A stretch of DNA of 63,902 nt, counting the filler, from Octopus bimaculoides (taxonomy: Eukaryota): the NCBI RefSeq assembly GCF_001194135.2. It is 4 parts of 4 records of this genome, joined end to end, with 100 filler letters (N's around TTAATTAATTAA, not from the genome) between each part and the next. Parts side by side here need not be neighbours in the genome. Positions count along the whole stretch, not along the records: positions 1 to 28,669 come from NC_068982.1; positions 28,770 to 32,072 come from NC_068992.1; positions 32,173 to 61,993 come from NC_068984.1; 1 more part is not named here. One strand, 5' to 3'. A model generated the notes under the pieces. That model saw nothing but the letters and a program-made list of their open reading frames with translations. It did not search any database and had not been told where the DNA came from. Below, piece by piece: positions 25,975-37,229 of the stretch. Position 1 is the first letter of the stretch. Each line of letters begins with the position of its first letter. The position numbers and the translations under genes are program-made.

Positions 25975-26271
25975 AGAGGGCGCGTGGCTAAGTGGTTAAG
26001 GCATTCGACTTACGGTCGTGAGTTCAATTTCCGGCGACAAGACACTTTAATTCACGTTGCTCCAGTCTACTCAGCTGGCAAAAATGAGTAGTACCTGTAT
26101 TTCAAAGGGCCAGCTTTGTGACACTTTGTGTCATGCTCAATCTCCCTGAAAACTACGTTAAGGGTACACGTGTCTGTGGAGTGCTCGGCCACTTGCACGT
26201 TAATTTTAACGAGCAAGCTGTTCCGTTGATCATATCAGCTGGGACCCTCGTCGTCATAACCGACGGAGTGT
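25975..26271 (+). mobile_element. SINE family A variant (different head and body, same 3' tail)
   Basis: gagggcgcgtggctaagtggttaagg...gagttcaatttcc head, a distinct middle, then the A tail gtacctgtatttcaaagggccagc...gacggagtg. Confidence 0.8.
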
Positions 26272-26476
26272 TCGTTATATATATATATATATATCTATAT
26301 ATATNNNNNNNNNNNNNNNNNNNNNNNNNNNNNNNNNNNNNNNNNNNNNNNNNNNNNNNNNNNNNNNNNNNNNNNNNNNNNNNNNNNNNNNNNNNNNNNN
26401 NNNNNNNNNNNNNNNNNNNNNNNNNNNNNNNNNNNNNNNNNNNNNNNNNNNNNNNNNNNNNNNNNNNNNNNNTATA

Positions 26477-26526
<50 letters not shown>

Positions 26527-26829
26527 GGGTAAAATTAATTAATAATTAATGATTTTACCAAGTAGTTCGGTATGTGTTAAAATAACCTTTATCGGTAACT
26601 TTATACAAAAATTCTATAATTATAAGCATAATTATAATTAGGGTTCAGCAAAAATTGCTTCACCACAAACCGAAATTTAGAAATAGCAGTTAAATACTAT
26701 TCCTCTACCGTAAGATATCTCCCAGACAGCAATACTCTTATTTTACTAAACTCATCTTTAGGGTTCCGGATCATTTAATGCTAATTCGGCTATCGGCTAC
26801 CGCTCAAAGTTTACAAAGACATTCAGAGT

Positions 26830-28669
26830 GAATTCAGCACAATGTAGGAAGACCAAACGTCCAAGGAACCACAAACTGATCCGAGGCCCGGGTTACCGAG
26901 CTGCCAACAGCTTCAAGAGGGTAAGTAACCCCGCTCTTTTTTCTTTTCCTCAACTCTTTGGAGTCGTCATGGCAATTGTTAGAGTGGATCGCATAAATGT
27001 TCGCGTCCTGAGGTCACCCTGGAAGCAACGTCGTTTGCTCAATGAACTCAGGTCGCTAGGTTTGGATGTGATAGCAGCCGATGAGACTAGGATTTCCGTG
27101 ATCTTGCACCCATTTTCGACGATTATTAGATCTACGCATCTCTTAATCAGTTTGGAGTGGTAGGCGGGGTGGCAGTGCTGTTTAGGAAAGACCTGCATCT
27201 CGAAGTTCAGACAATCTTCCTGGACCCAGAGAGTAAGTTGGTGGTCTTTGACATGAGCGACAGTGAAGGTGGTGCATTTAGACTAGTCGATGTTTACGTC
27301 CTCACGGGAGCGGGATAGCCAAATTTCTTCAGGCGTTTGGAGGTTTTCCTTGGGACGTCACGCACTTTTATGCTAATGAATGGCTGGACGCCATCTTGGA
27401 CGCATGCCTGGATAGGGTGAGGCTAGCTGACAGGAGAGTGGGGAGTAAAAGCCTCACAAACTTGCTCAGTCACTTCCAGTTGGCTCACAGTTGGCTGAAT
27501 TACCCGAATGCGCCAATGTCGACATGGGCAAACCGCATCGGGTCTTCCAGATCGTATTTAGATAGAGTACTTTGTAGGCTTGTTGATAAAAGTAGTATAA
27601 ATTGTCCCCGTTTCAAAGTCGGTGGTTACACGAACCATAAATTTGTGATATGTACGGTCGACATAGATAGGATCTATAGACAGGGCCCTGGATACTGGAA
27701 GCTGAGTGCGTCCTTCCCGGCGCGCCAAGCTTTCAGAAACCGGGTTAGCAAGTTAGTTCAATCGTCAACAACGACTAAACAACTGCCTCTACTCTAATAG
27801 CACTTTTCAGGGCTATTAGAGTTGAGGCAGTAGGTTTTAGTAAGGAAATAGCGTTAACGGAATGTAGGATAGAGGGAGATCTAGTTAGGAAGCCAGAAGA
27901 GGCGTTTAGGCGGCGAGCTGGCAGAAACGTTAGCACGCCGGGCGAAATGCTCAGCGGTATTTCGTCTGCCGCTACGTTCTGAGTTCAAATTCCGCCGAGG
28001 TCGACTTTGTCTTTCATCCTTTCGGGGTTGATTAAATAAGTACCAGTTACGCACTAGGGTCGATATAATCGACTTAATCCGTTTGTCTGTCCTTGTTTGT
28101 CCCCTCTATGTGTAGCCCCTTGTGGGCAGTAAAGAAATAAGAAGAGGCGTTTAGGAAAGGCATAGCGACCGACGTGCTAGCGGCGAGATTGGCTTTTGAT
28201 CAACTCTTCAATGTCAAGCACGAAAATTTAGTTGTCAGAGCTAGGGTGCGTGCACTGAGGGGACGAAAGCCGTTCGATTGGCCCGGGTGGCAGAGGCGCT
28301 ACGTGGAAATGAAGCAACAATTCAGTCTATAGAAGGCTGTGATGGGCGCATGATAACGGAGTCTAAGCAGATGTTTGCGGAATTTCAGCGGCACTTCACC
28401 GAACTGTATGGCACACGCAGTGGTTCTGGCATGGTGGTGGATTTCACTTCCTAGCTCAGTGGCATGCTGTGCCTCTCAGCCAGGGATACAAAGTTCTGCG
28501 AAATGCCGATAACAGCTGAAGATGACGAGCTGTGAAAACAAGAAGTGTCCCGGGCGGGATGGTCTGTCCTTCGAGCTTTATTTTCATATGCCAGACCTGT
28601 TCGGTGGACTCTTGGCAGACGTCTACCACAACTGGTAGCAAAACGGGAGAATTCCCAATGCCATCTGCC
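26830..28669 (+). mobile_element. Decayed L1/Tx1-clade LINE ORF2 (APE endonuclease to start of RT), interrupted by a SINE and a gap
   Basis: ATG at 26969: MAIVRVDRINVRVLRSPWKQRRLLNELRSLGLDVIAADETR; then GGVAVLFRK, SYLDRV, YTNHKFV, GPGYWKLSAS and KCPGRDGLSFELY (KSPGxDG-like), with multiple stops and frameshifts. Confidence 0.9.
27909..28139 (+). mobile_element. SINE family B (B1 tail), young insertion into the LINE, with TSD
   Basis: Full head-to-tail copy. TSD agaagaggcgttta(gg) at 27895-27910 and 28140-28155. Confidence 0.97.
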
Positions 28670-28946
28670 NNNNNNNNNNNNNNNNNNNNNNNNNNNNNNN
28701 NNNNNNNNNNNNNTTAATTAATTAANNNNNNNNNNNNNNNNNNNNNNNNNNNNNNNNNNNNNNNNNNNNATATATATATATATATAAATTGTATTACAAT
28801 TTTTTTTCTGAATTTTCAGGGTTTTTTTTTTATATGCTTGGCCACTTGGTTTTAAATTGAATTAATATTCAATTTATCACCCTATCTATATAAGCTGTTT
28901 AGTTCGTCTACTGTCCATGCCATTACCATTGCTCATGCTCCGTATC

Positions 28947-28996
<50 letters not shown>

Positions 28997-29008
28997 GCTA
29001 TTATCATT

Positions 29009-29109
29009 GCCTTTGCACAGCTTCTAACGCTGGAGATGTACTACGGTGTCAGCTGTTCACTATCAGTGAACTAAGGCAACACCTCTTATTTTTCGAGCAC
29101 CTTCCGGAG

Positions 29110-29113
<4 letters not shown>
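29009..29113 (-). mobile_element. Third R4/Dong-like 3' end inside (TAA)n
   Basis: Minus strand reads ILRKVLEK* followed by a ~70-bp UTR and (AAT)n; (TAT)n tracts lie on both sides. Confidence 0.65.
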
Positions 29114-29182
<69 letters not shown>

Positions 29183-29339
29183 TACTACTATTATTATTAT
29201 TATATTTGTTGCGGAACACATCAGACGTGTTTTCGAACGCTCTAAGTCCATGTTTATTTACACCAGGATCGGAGTCCTTTGTCAATGATTATTTTATTCC
29301 AAGTTGTGAATAGAAAGAAACACCAGAAAGCTATTACTG

Positions 29340-31360
29340 TTGTTATGGTCGTGTAGCTCCCAGAGGGGCGATTTTCGGCCCACCAAACAACTTCGGTGGG
29401 CGTTAAATTTAATCGAATCAAATACAAGAAGACGGCGGAGCGCGTCTTGAAAGAGTTGAGAAATGAACCCCTACAAAGCAAACCCTTCCACCAATATGGT
29501 AATAGATGAAGACTTCCCCTTCTCTCCGTCATGGGTAACAATACAGGGAAGGGGAGGAGGAGAAAAACAAGACTGTCATGGTACAAAGTTCAACTAACTG
29601 TAACAACAATAGTAGCAGAAACACTAACAGCAGTAGAAATGACAACAGCAGCAGCCGCAACTAGGAAAATAGATAGTAAAAGTGTAGAATGTACACTCTT
29701 TAAAACGGTTGCCTATTCAGACCATAAGTTTGTAATCTGTACAGTCAACCTAGATAAGACGCGTTGGTTAGAATCCGGGCATTGGAAGCTGAACATGTCG
29801 TTTCCGACACGTAAGGCTTATAGGGGCCGGGTCAGCAATTTAGTTAAGCAGAAGTTGACAGGGATGGGGGATCGTCAACAGCAGGTGGTGGGCGGCTCTC
29901 AAAAGAGAGATTAGAGTAATGTCGATAGGGTTTAGCGAAGAAATAGCATTGGAAGAAAATAGAAAAGAGGAGGGGTTAGTAGCTAAACTAGATGAGGGTA
30001 TTTGTAGTGGCATTGCAAACCAACGTGCTAAGCAGCGAGAATGGCATTAGATCAGTTCTTCAACGCGAAACATGAAGGCTGTATTGTCAGAGCTAAGGCG
30101 CATGCTCGAAGAAACGAGGGAATCAAAGCTGTTCGATGGGCTCGCGTGGCGGAGACGCAGCGTGGTAACAAAACCACAATTCGGTCTTTGAAGGACCGAG
30201 ACAGACACGGGCTGAGAGATCCCAGGCAGCTGTGTGAGGCCTTTTGCCAGCACTTTGCTCAGTTGTTCGGAGAGAGTGGCGGAGCGGAGATGATGGCGGG
30301 CTTCAGTCCTTACCTCGACGGCTTGCCGCGCCTCTCGACGGCCGACACTGAACCGAAATTCAGGATAACCTCGTCGGCTGCAGGAGGCACAATTCACCCG
30401 GTTTAGACGATCTGCCCTATGCCCACTACCAGGCGGGCAATGCGATCAGTGGAACATCCACTCTTGAGTTCTCTAGAGGGTTAGTGGAGGGAAAGAGCGA
30501 TGGAGAGACGCTAGGCGTTAACGAAGTCAATCTAACCAGTCTGTTCAGGAGAACTTTTGAGTCGGGAACGATGGATAATTTCCAGAAATCCCTAGATTGG
30601 CAGTGCTACCGGATGGGGCACTGCTGGTTCCAGATAAACTCTACAGACACGGAAATGCTGTCGGACAGACCTGACCAAGATGTACGCTGAGCGACGAAAC
30701 CGTCCTGCACGCACTCGTCCAGTGTCCTTGCGTTACTGACTTGTGGAGTTATGTTGAACAGCTGTTATCAGGTGTAGGACGGATCCGGCTATCGGCCGAG
30801 TCCATAATGAAGATCGATCCGCCGCCTTCTATTGGTCCAGGAGGGCAGGCAATTTCCCTCTGTCTGATAGCAATAGCGAAAGCCGTTGTATGGTGGACGA
30901 GGTTGAAAGGACTGAAGACAGACACTTTTTTCTTCGGCCAATCCCTCATCAACTTTTTCAAATTTCACCTGGAATGGAAGATGACGGTGGAGAGAGAAGT
31001 GCTGCCTCCCAGTATATCTACTAAAAGGTGGGCGAATGTAGTGAAAATGGCCCGTGGGAGTGGACCTACTCTAATAATGCGCCTGTAGGTTAATGAATTT
31101 GAGAGGGAGAAGGGTGCTCTTCCAGGAAGCCCTCGAAGCGTCGAGTGGTTCAGGATTGGTGGGGTACCTGAGCCAACTCCAGGTGGTTACCCCCCCCCTA
31201 TTGGGGAACTTCCATTGTTATATTCTTTTGTTGGATATAATCGTTATTGTTTTAACTGTGTACTCGTTGTGTTTTGTGTAAAGTCCCCACTGTCCATGTC
31301 TACTGCATCGTCCCCTATATGTCGGCCCAAGTGGCTAATAAATGAAATATTAATTATTAT
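29340..31360 (+). mobile_element. Internally deleted L1/Tx1-clade LINE lacking RT
   Basis: AYSDHKFVICTV...ESGHWKLNMSF (EN C-terminus), a linker (ALDQFFNAKHEGCIVRAK...), then almost directly the zf-RVT region (ETVLHALVQCP.V.DLWSYVEQLL...KAVVWWTR), 3' UTR, AATAAA at 31337-31342 and an (ATT)n tail. The 5' boundary is uncertain. Confidence 0.85.
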
Positions 31361-31610
31361 TATTATCATATCTTAATACATTTTTTTCAGATTCGATTGA
31401 ACAATTAGATGTAAGAAATTCAATTAAAACCCTCTTCCATAAGAATGCTGATGTAGACATTATCAAAGTCTTAAGTTTATATGGTGGCGAAGGCTTGGCA
31501 CCGATAACTGTTACGCAAAACCCGAAGAACAGTTCCACACTTAAAATTTATGTGAGTATTGAATAGATTTCGTCTTCTATGTTATAAGATTTTTATTCTT
31601 TTGTAACGAA

Positions 31611-31775
31611 GGCGCAGGTATGGGTGCGTGGGTAAGAAAGTCACTTTGCAACCATAGGGTTTTGGGTTCAGCCCCGCTGGGTAGCAACTTGGGCAAGTAT
31701 CTTCTATTGCGGTCCCGGGCCGACCGATGCTTTCAGAGTAAATTTAGTTGATGGAAACTCTGTGGAGGCCCGTCG

Positions 31776-31778
<3 letters not shown>
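31611..31778 (+). mobile_element. SINE family C, 5' half
   Basis: ggcgcaggtatgggtgcgtgggtaag...caactttgggcaagtatcttctattgc, followed by (CTAT)n. Confidence 0.75.
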
Positions 31779-31808
<30 letters not shown>

Positions 31809-32172
31809 GTCTGCCTAATTAGTTATCTGTCTGTCTGTCCGTCTGCCTATCTATCTATCTGTCCGTCTATCTATCTATCTTTTTGTCTGTCTGTTTGTCT
31901 GTCTGTCAGTCCGACTGTCTGCCTGCCTGCCTGCCTGTCTACTTCTGTTCGTATATACCTACCTACGTTCCTATCTATCCATCGACCTGTCTGTTTCTCT
32001 CTCTAGCTATGTATTTTGTCTTTCTGTGTTTCTTTCCATTTGTCTGTATATCTATCTAACAACAACAGCCACNNNNNNNNNNNNNNNNNNNNNNNNNNNN
32101 NNNNNNNNNNNNNNNNTTAATTAATTAANNNNNNNNNNNNNNNNNNNNNNNNNNNNNNNNNNNNNNNNNNNN

Positions 32173-32498
32173 CAGGACTTATTCTTTGTAATCCTAGTAC
32201 TTATTCTATCGGTCTATTTTGCCGAACCGCTAAGTTACGGGGGCGTAAACACACCAGCATCAGTTGTCAAGCAATGGTGGGGGGACAAACACAGACACAC
32301 ACACAAATACACATATATATATACATATACCTATATACGATGGGCTTTCAGTTTCCGTCTACCAAATCCACTCACAAGGCTTTGGTCGGCCCGAGGCTAT
32401 AGTAGAAGACACTTGCCCAAGGTGCCATGCAGTTGCACTGAACCCAGAACCATGTGGTTGGTAAGCAAGCTACTTACCACACAGCCACTCTTGCGCCT
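32173..32498 (-). mobile_element. SINE family C
   Basis: Both halves present on the minus strand; the tail runs into the gap. Confidence 0.9.
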
Positions 32499-32519
32499 AT
32501 ATATATCTATATATGTGTG

Positions 32520-32690
32520 TCCCACCCACTCCACCAACACTTGATAATCTATGTTGGTGTGTTTATATCTCTGTAATTTAGTGGTTTGGCAAAAGAGACC
32601 AATAGAATGAGCTCTAGGCTTATGAAGAATAAGTTCTAGGATTGATTTCTTGGACTAAAATGAGTAAAACATGTAAAAGAATAAAAGAAT
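32520..32690 (+). mobile_element. SINE family C, 3' half
   Basis: gttggtgtgtttatatctctgtaatttagtggtttggcaaaagagaccaatagaatgag. Confidence 0.75.
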
Positions 32691-33030
32691 ACATGTATAT
32701 ATGAATTAAAGATATAAACTTAAGTGATGGCATATAAAACATTTCATATATTAGCGTCGGTTTTCTGTAAGTGAGTTTCAGAATGAAAGAAAATTGCATT
32801 TTACCAGACACTTAGCTTATGAAAACTTTTATTGAATAAGAATATGTACAGGTTTGTGTAAAAGAAATTTTACAGAAACATACAAAAAAAACAAAAAACA
32901 TATTTTACTAACTGGTTTGCATTGTTATGCAGCTTGTCAAAGTTTAAACTCATGTTGTGGGCTAAAATTTTCCTTCTTCAGGATTATGGAGTGCCTGATT
33001 TTTCTATAACTGAATTTTTGTTAGCGTATA

Positions 33031-33330
33031 CATCATCATCATCATCATCATCATTTAACGTCCGCTTTCCATGCTGGCATGGGTTGGACGATTTGACTGA
33101 GGTCTGGTGGACCAGGTGGCTACACCAGGCTCCAATCTGATTTGGCAGAGTTTCTACAGATGGATGCCCTTCCTAATGCCAACCACTCTGAGAGTGTAGT
33201 GGGTGCTTTTACGTGCCACCGGCACGAAGGCCAGTCAGGCGGGTACTGGCAATGGCCACGCTCGAAATGGTGTATTTTATGTGCCACCTGCACAGGAGCC
33301 AGCCCAGTGGTACTGGCAACGATCTCGCTC
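33031..33330 (-). mobile_element. RTE-LINE 3' UTR fragment with (GAT)n tail
   Basis: Reverse complement of the 33920-34195 tail (ttaggaagggcatcc...ccaacccatg...gcatggaaagcggacgttaaa-gatgatgat). Confidence 0.9.
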
Positions 33331-33421
33331 GAACATATGTATGATGAATTTGAATTGAGATTAATCTGTCTTTACTGTTAGTAAACAGATACAGTTTGAA
33401 ATCACAATTAGGCTCTGTCGT

Positions 33422-34195
33422 CAGAGTGTAAGTATCTTGAGAGAAAAGCTGAACATTAGAAGCATCAGTTGTGGCGTGCAAGAGAGACGATTGCGCTGGT
33501 ATGGACATGTGGTGAGAATGGATGAGGATAGCTGCGTGAAAAAGTGCCACACCCTAACAGTTGAGGGANNNNNNNNNNNNNNNNNNNNNNNNNNNNNNNN
33601 NNNNNNNNNNNNNNNNNNNNNNNNNNNNNNNNNNNNNNNNNNNNNNNNNNNNNNNNNNNNNNNNNNNNNNNNNNNNNNNNNNNNGTGCAAGAGAGACGAT
33701 TGCGCTGGTATGGACATGTGGTGAGAATGGATGAGGATAGCTGCGTGAAAAAGTGCCACACCCTAACAGTTGAGGGAACCCGTGGAAGAGGTAGGCCCAG
33801 GAAGACCTGGGCTGAGGTGGTGAGGCAAGACCTTCGTACATTGGGCCTCACCGAGGCGATGACTACTGACCGAGACCTTTGGAAATGTGCTGTGCGTGAG
33901 AAGACCCGGCAAGCCAAGTAAGATCGTTGCCAGTGCCCCTGGACTGGTTTGTGCGGGTGGCACATAAAAGACACCATTTCGAGCGTGGCCGTTTTCGTGC
34001 GGGTGACACGTAAAAGCACCCACTACACTCTCTGAGTGGTTGGCGTTAGGAAGGGCATCCAGCTGTAGAAACTCTGCCAAATCAGACTGGAGCCTGGTGT
34101 TGCCATCCGGTTTCACCAGTCCTCAGTCAAATCGTCCAACCCATGCTAGCATGGAAAGCGGACGTTAAACGATGATGATGATGATGATGATGATG
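33422..34195 (+). mobile_element. 5'-truncated RTE-clade LINE (ORF C-terminus + 3' UTR)
   Basis: LREKLNIRSISCGVQERRLRWYGHVVRMDEDSCVKKC...RGRGRPRKTWAEVVRQDL...DRDLWKCAVREKTRQAK* is a typical RTE C-terminus; (GAT)n tail. The ~92-bp duplication across the 33569-33684 gap is an assembly overlap. Confidence 0.92.
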
Positions 34196-34813
34196 AATTA
34201 CAAAACAAATCAAGACTGCTGATGACTTAATTCAGAAGAAATGTATTAGGGTTGGTTCCCCTTGTCTCCTATGCATAGAGCAGAGGGTGTGAATTTAGTG
34301 CTACTAACCTACACACGTTTTAATTGATTAAACAATGTTTGTATTACTATATATTGAAGAACTATACATACATCATGGTACTTATTTATAACAAGAAGCA
34401 CTGAACTGGACAGCATAAAGCATCACCATAGTGGTTCAATATAAATCTTTCAGATATTCAGAAGCAGATCAACAACCACTTAACCCATCTGTCATCAACT
34501 GCTTTAGTTAGAATAATGCACACAATACATGGAATGCAAAGCTGATTATTTTTCACAGAAATATGAAACAGTCAAATGCACACTTACAGAACAAACATTA
34601 AATTCGATGTTAAAGAATGTTAACATATGGTTTGGTTTACATGATGCTTCTTTTTTTTTAATTCTCGTAAGTTTTTAACGAGATATGCTAGAAATATATA
34701 GAAAAAACATGATGAAATAGCTTTGCAAAATGTGGAAGAAAAGAACAAAAATTGGTTCGAATTAAGATTGAAATGACATCTATACAAATATGCAAGAACT
34801 CATATATATGTAT

Positions 34814-34850
<37 letters not shown>

Positions 34851-34918
34851 TAAGTATATACATATATAACTATATATATTTATATATATAAGTATATATA
34901 TATATATATATATATATA

Positions 34919-35179
34919 GTGAAGTATATTTGCCATTTAAATGTGGCTGACCCCTAAGGGTGGATGTTACTGTTGCTTTTAGCCCCAGGAGAACATCTCC
35001 TCCAGCTGGCTTATCGACACATATCTGTGCCAAGGGAAGTTATCCTTCCCATCTTGATCTGCGATACGTACGGACCCGAGTTTCAGGGTTATTTCCCTTC
35101 TTCAGCGTACGATAATCGCCGACCTTTGATGAGAATGACAATCCCTTGGCAATATATAAGTCTTTTTTCCAGTGAAGTT
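34919..35179 (-). mobile_element. Hammerhead-bearing short element (PLE pLTR / retrozyme-like), left arm
   Basis: Reverse complement of 35643-35900 apart from a 15-bp deletion; abuts (TA)n. Confidence 0.8.
35067..35111 (-). ncRNA. Type I hammerhead ribozyme
   Basis: Minus strand: CGTACG CTGAAGA AGGG-AAATAA-CCCT GAAA CTCGG GTC CGTACG. Confidence 0.85.
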
Positions 35180-35642
35180 NNNNNNNNNNNNNNNNNNNNN
35201 NNNNNNNNNNNNNNNNNNNNNNNNNNNNNNNNNNNNNNNNNNNNNNNNNNNNNNNNNNNNNNNNNNNNNNNNNNNNNNNNNNNNNNNNNNNNNNNNNNNN
35301 NNNNNNNNNNNNNNNNNNNNNNNNNNNNNNNNNNNNNNNNNNNNNNNNNNNNNNNNNNNNNNNNNNNNNNNNNNNNNNNNNNNNNNNNNNNNNNNNNNNN
35401 NNNNNNNNNNNNNNNNNNNNNNNNNNNNNNNNNNNNNNNNNNNNNNNNNNNNNNNNNNNNNNNNNNNNNNNNNNNNNNNNNNNNNNNNNNNNNNNNNNNN
35501 NNNNNNNNNNNNNNNNNNNNNNNNNNNNNNNNNNNNNNNNNNNNNNNNNNNNNNNNNNNNNNNNNNNNNNNNNNNNNNNNNNNNNNNNNNNNNNNNNNNN
35601 NNNNNNNNNNNNNNNNNNNNNNNNNNNNNNNNNNNNNNNNNN

Positions 35643-35943
35643 CTTATATATTGCCAAGGGATTGTCATTCTCATCAAAGGTCGGCGATTATCGTACGCTG
35701 AAGAAGGGAAATAACCCTGAAACTCGGGTCCGTACGTATCGCAGATCAAGATGGGAAGGATAACTTCCCTTGGCAAAAATAGACAGGACACAGATATGTG
35801 TCGATAAGCCAGCTGGAGGAGATGTTCTCCTGGGGCTAAAAGCAACAGTAACATCCACCCTTAGGGGTCAGCCACATTTAAATGGCAAATATACTTCACT
35901 TTATCGTGCAGTTACTGTTAACACCTCGTTCAGAGATTTAACA
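35643..35943 (+). mobile_element. Hammerhead-bearing short element (PLE pLTR / retrozyme-like), right arm
   Basis: HHR followed by ~210 nt of hairpin-rich sequence ending gagatttaaca-(TA)n; homologous to 56024-56274. Confidence 0.8.
35684..35742 (+). ncRNA. Type I hammerhead ribozyme, canonical core, predicted cleavage after GUC (35730)
   Basis: Stem I GCGAT-tat-CGTACG / CGTACG-t-ATCGC; core CTGAAGA (35698-35704); stem II AGGG/CCCT with loop AAATAA; GAAA; stem III AC-TCGG-GT; C17. Confidence 0.9.
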
Positions 35944-35983
35944 TATATATATATATATAAGTATATATATGTATATATGTAGG

Positions 35984-36014
<31 letters not shown>

Positions 36015-36111
36015 GTGTGTATATATATGTATAGATGTAAGTATATAGATGTAAGTGTATATATATGTATAGATGTAAGTATATATATATATGTATATAT
36101 ATATGTGTATA

Positions 36112-36179
<68 letters not shown>

Positions 36180-36545
36180 TATACAGAAACAGATATGAAC
36201 AGGAAAAGATAAGCACTTGGTTGAATGCAACAAACAAAATGAAAAAAAAAAATTGTTAGTGTGCAGAAGTTTAAGAATAGTACATATTTCATAGGAATTT
36301 TTTTTTGTGTCAATTATATGTAGAGACATAAGTAGTTAAATGGATAGATTGATAGGCACACACACATGCTCAGACACACATACATATTCACACGCACATG
36401 CACAAACATGCAAATACTTTCACACGTATTTTTTCATGAGTGATTATTAGTAAGAAAAAATTATGATAGCTGACTTTTGCCATGTGTAACAAACAAAAGT
36501 GTCAATAAATATGCAATAAATTGTAAAAAGAAAAACTATACTATG

Positions 36546-36593
<48 letters not shown>

Positions 36594-36846
36594 CATACAA
36601 ACACACATTATTTTATAAATATATAGATATATGTATATAGTACATAGATATGCATAAGGATCTATATACATCGTATATATATAATACTATATAAACACAC
36701 ACACACATAAATAGTATATATTGTTTATATATAAAAGCAGTATATATATAAGGCATATGTGTACATAAATATATGTAAATGTATGTAAACACACACACAC
36801 ACACACACACATAAACACACACACATAAATATATGTAAGTATATGT

Positions 36847-36879
<33 letters not shown>

Positions 36880-36929
36880 AACACACACACATAAATATAT
36901 GTAAGTATATGTAAACACACACACACACG

Positions 36930-36963
<34 letters not shown>

Positions 36964-37193
36964 GTGTATTCAAAAGCATATATGTAAATATTTAGATGCA
37001 CTTTCCTATATGTATGCATATACGTATACATGTATAAATGTTTGTTTATGTATATATATGTAATATTTAACTTTTAATAATTATGATAACAGTAACGAGC
37101 CCCACAGCAACAGCAACAACAACATCAAATAAGAATGACAATTACAACAACTCCAGCAACAGAAATAATCATAATTACAAGTGCAAAATTACA

Positions 37194-37229
<36 letters not shown>

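Noticed and set aside
26521-26800. AT-rich block that looks like a retroelement terminus
   Set aside because: No second copy in the window and no assignable motif, so it is left unannotated.
28714-28725. TTAATTAATTAA island inside N runs (also 32117-32128 and 62038-62049)
   Set aside because: Each is 44 N + 12 bp + 44 N = 100 bp, and the 12-mer gives stops in all six frames. It is an artificial scaffolding linker, not biology.
33477-33776. ~92-bp direct duplication in the RTE ORF
   Set aside because: Identical sequence on both sides of an N gap indicates unmerged contig overlap.
34964-35854. Mirror-image ORFs MLLLLLAPGEHLLQLAYRH on both strands (and at 55410-56186)
   Set aside because: They are antisense readings of the hammerhead element extended through N gaps.
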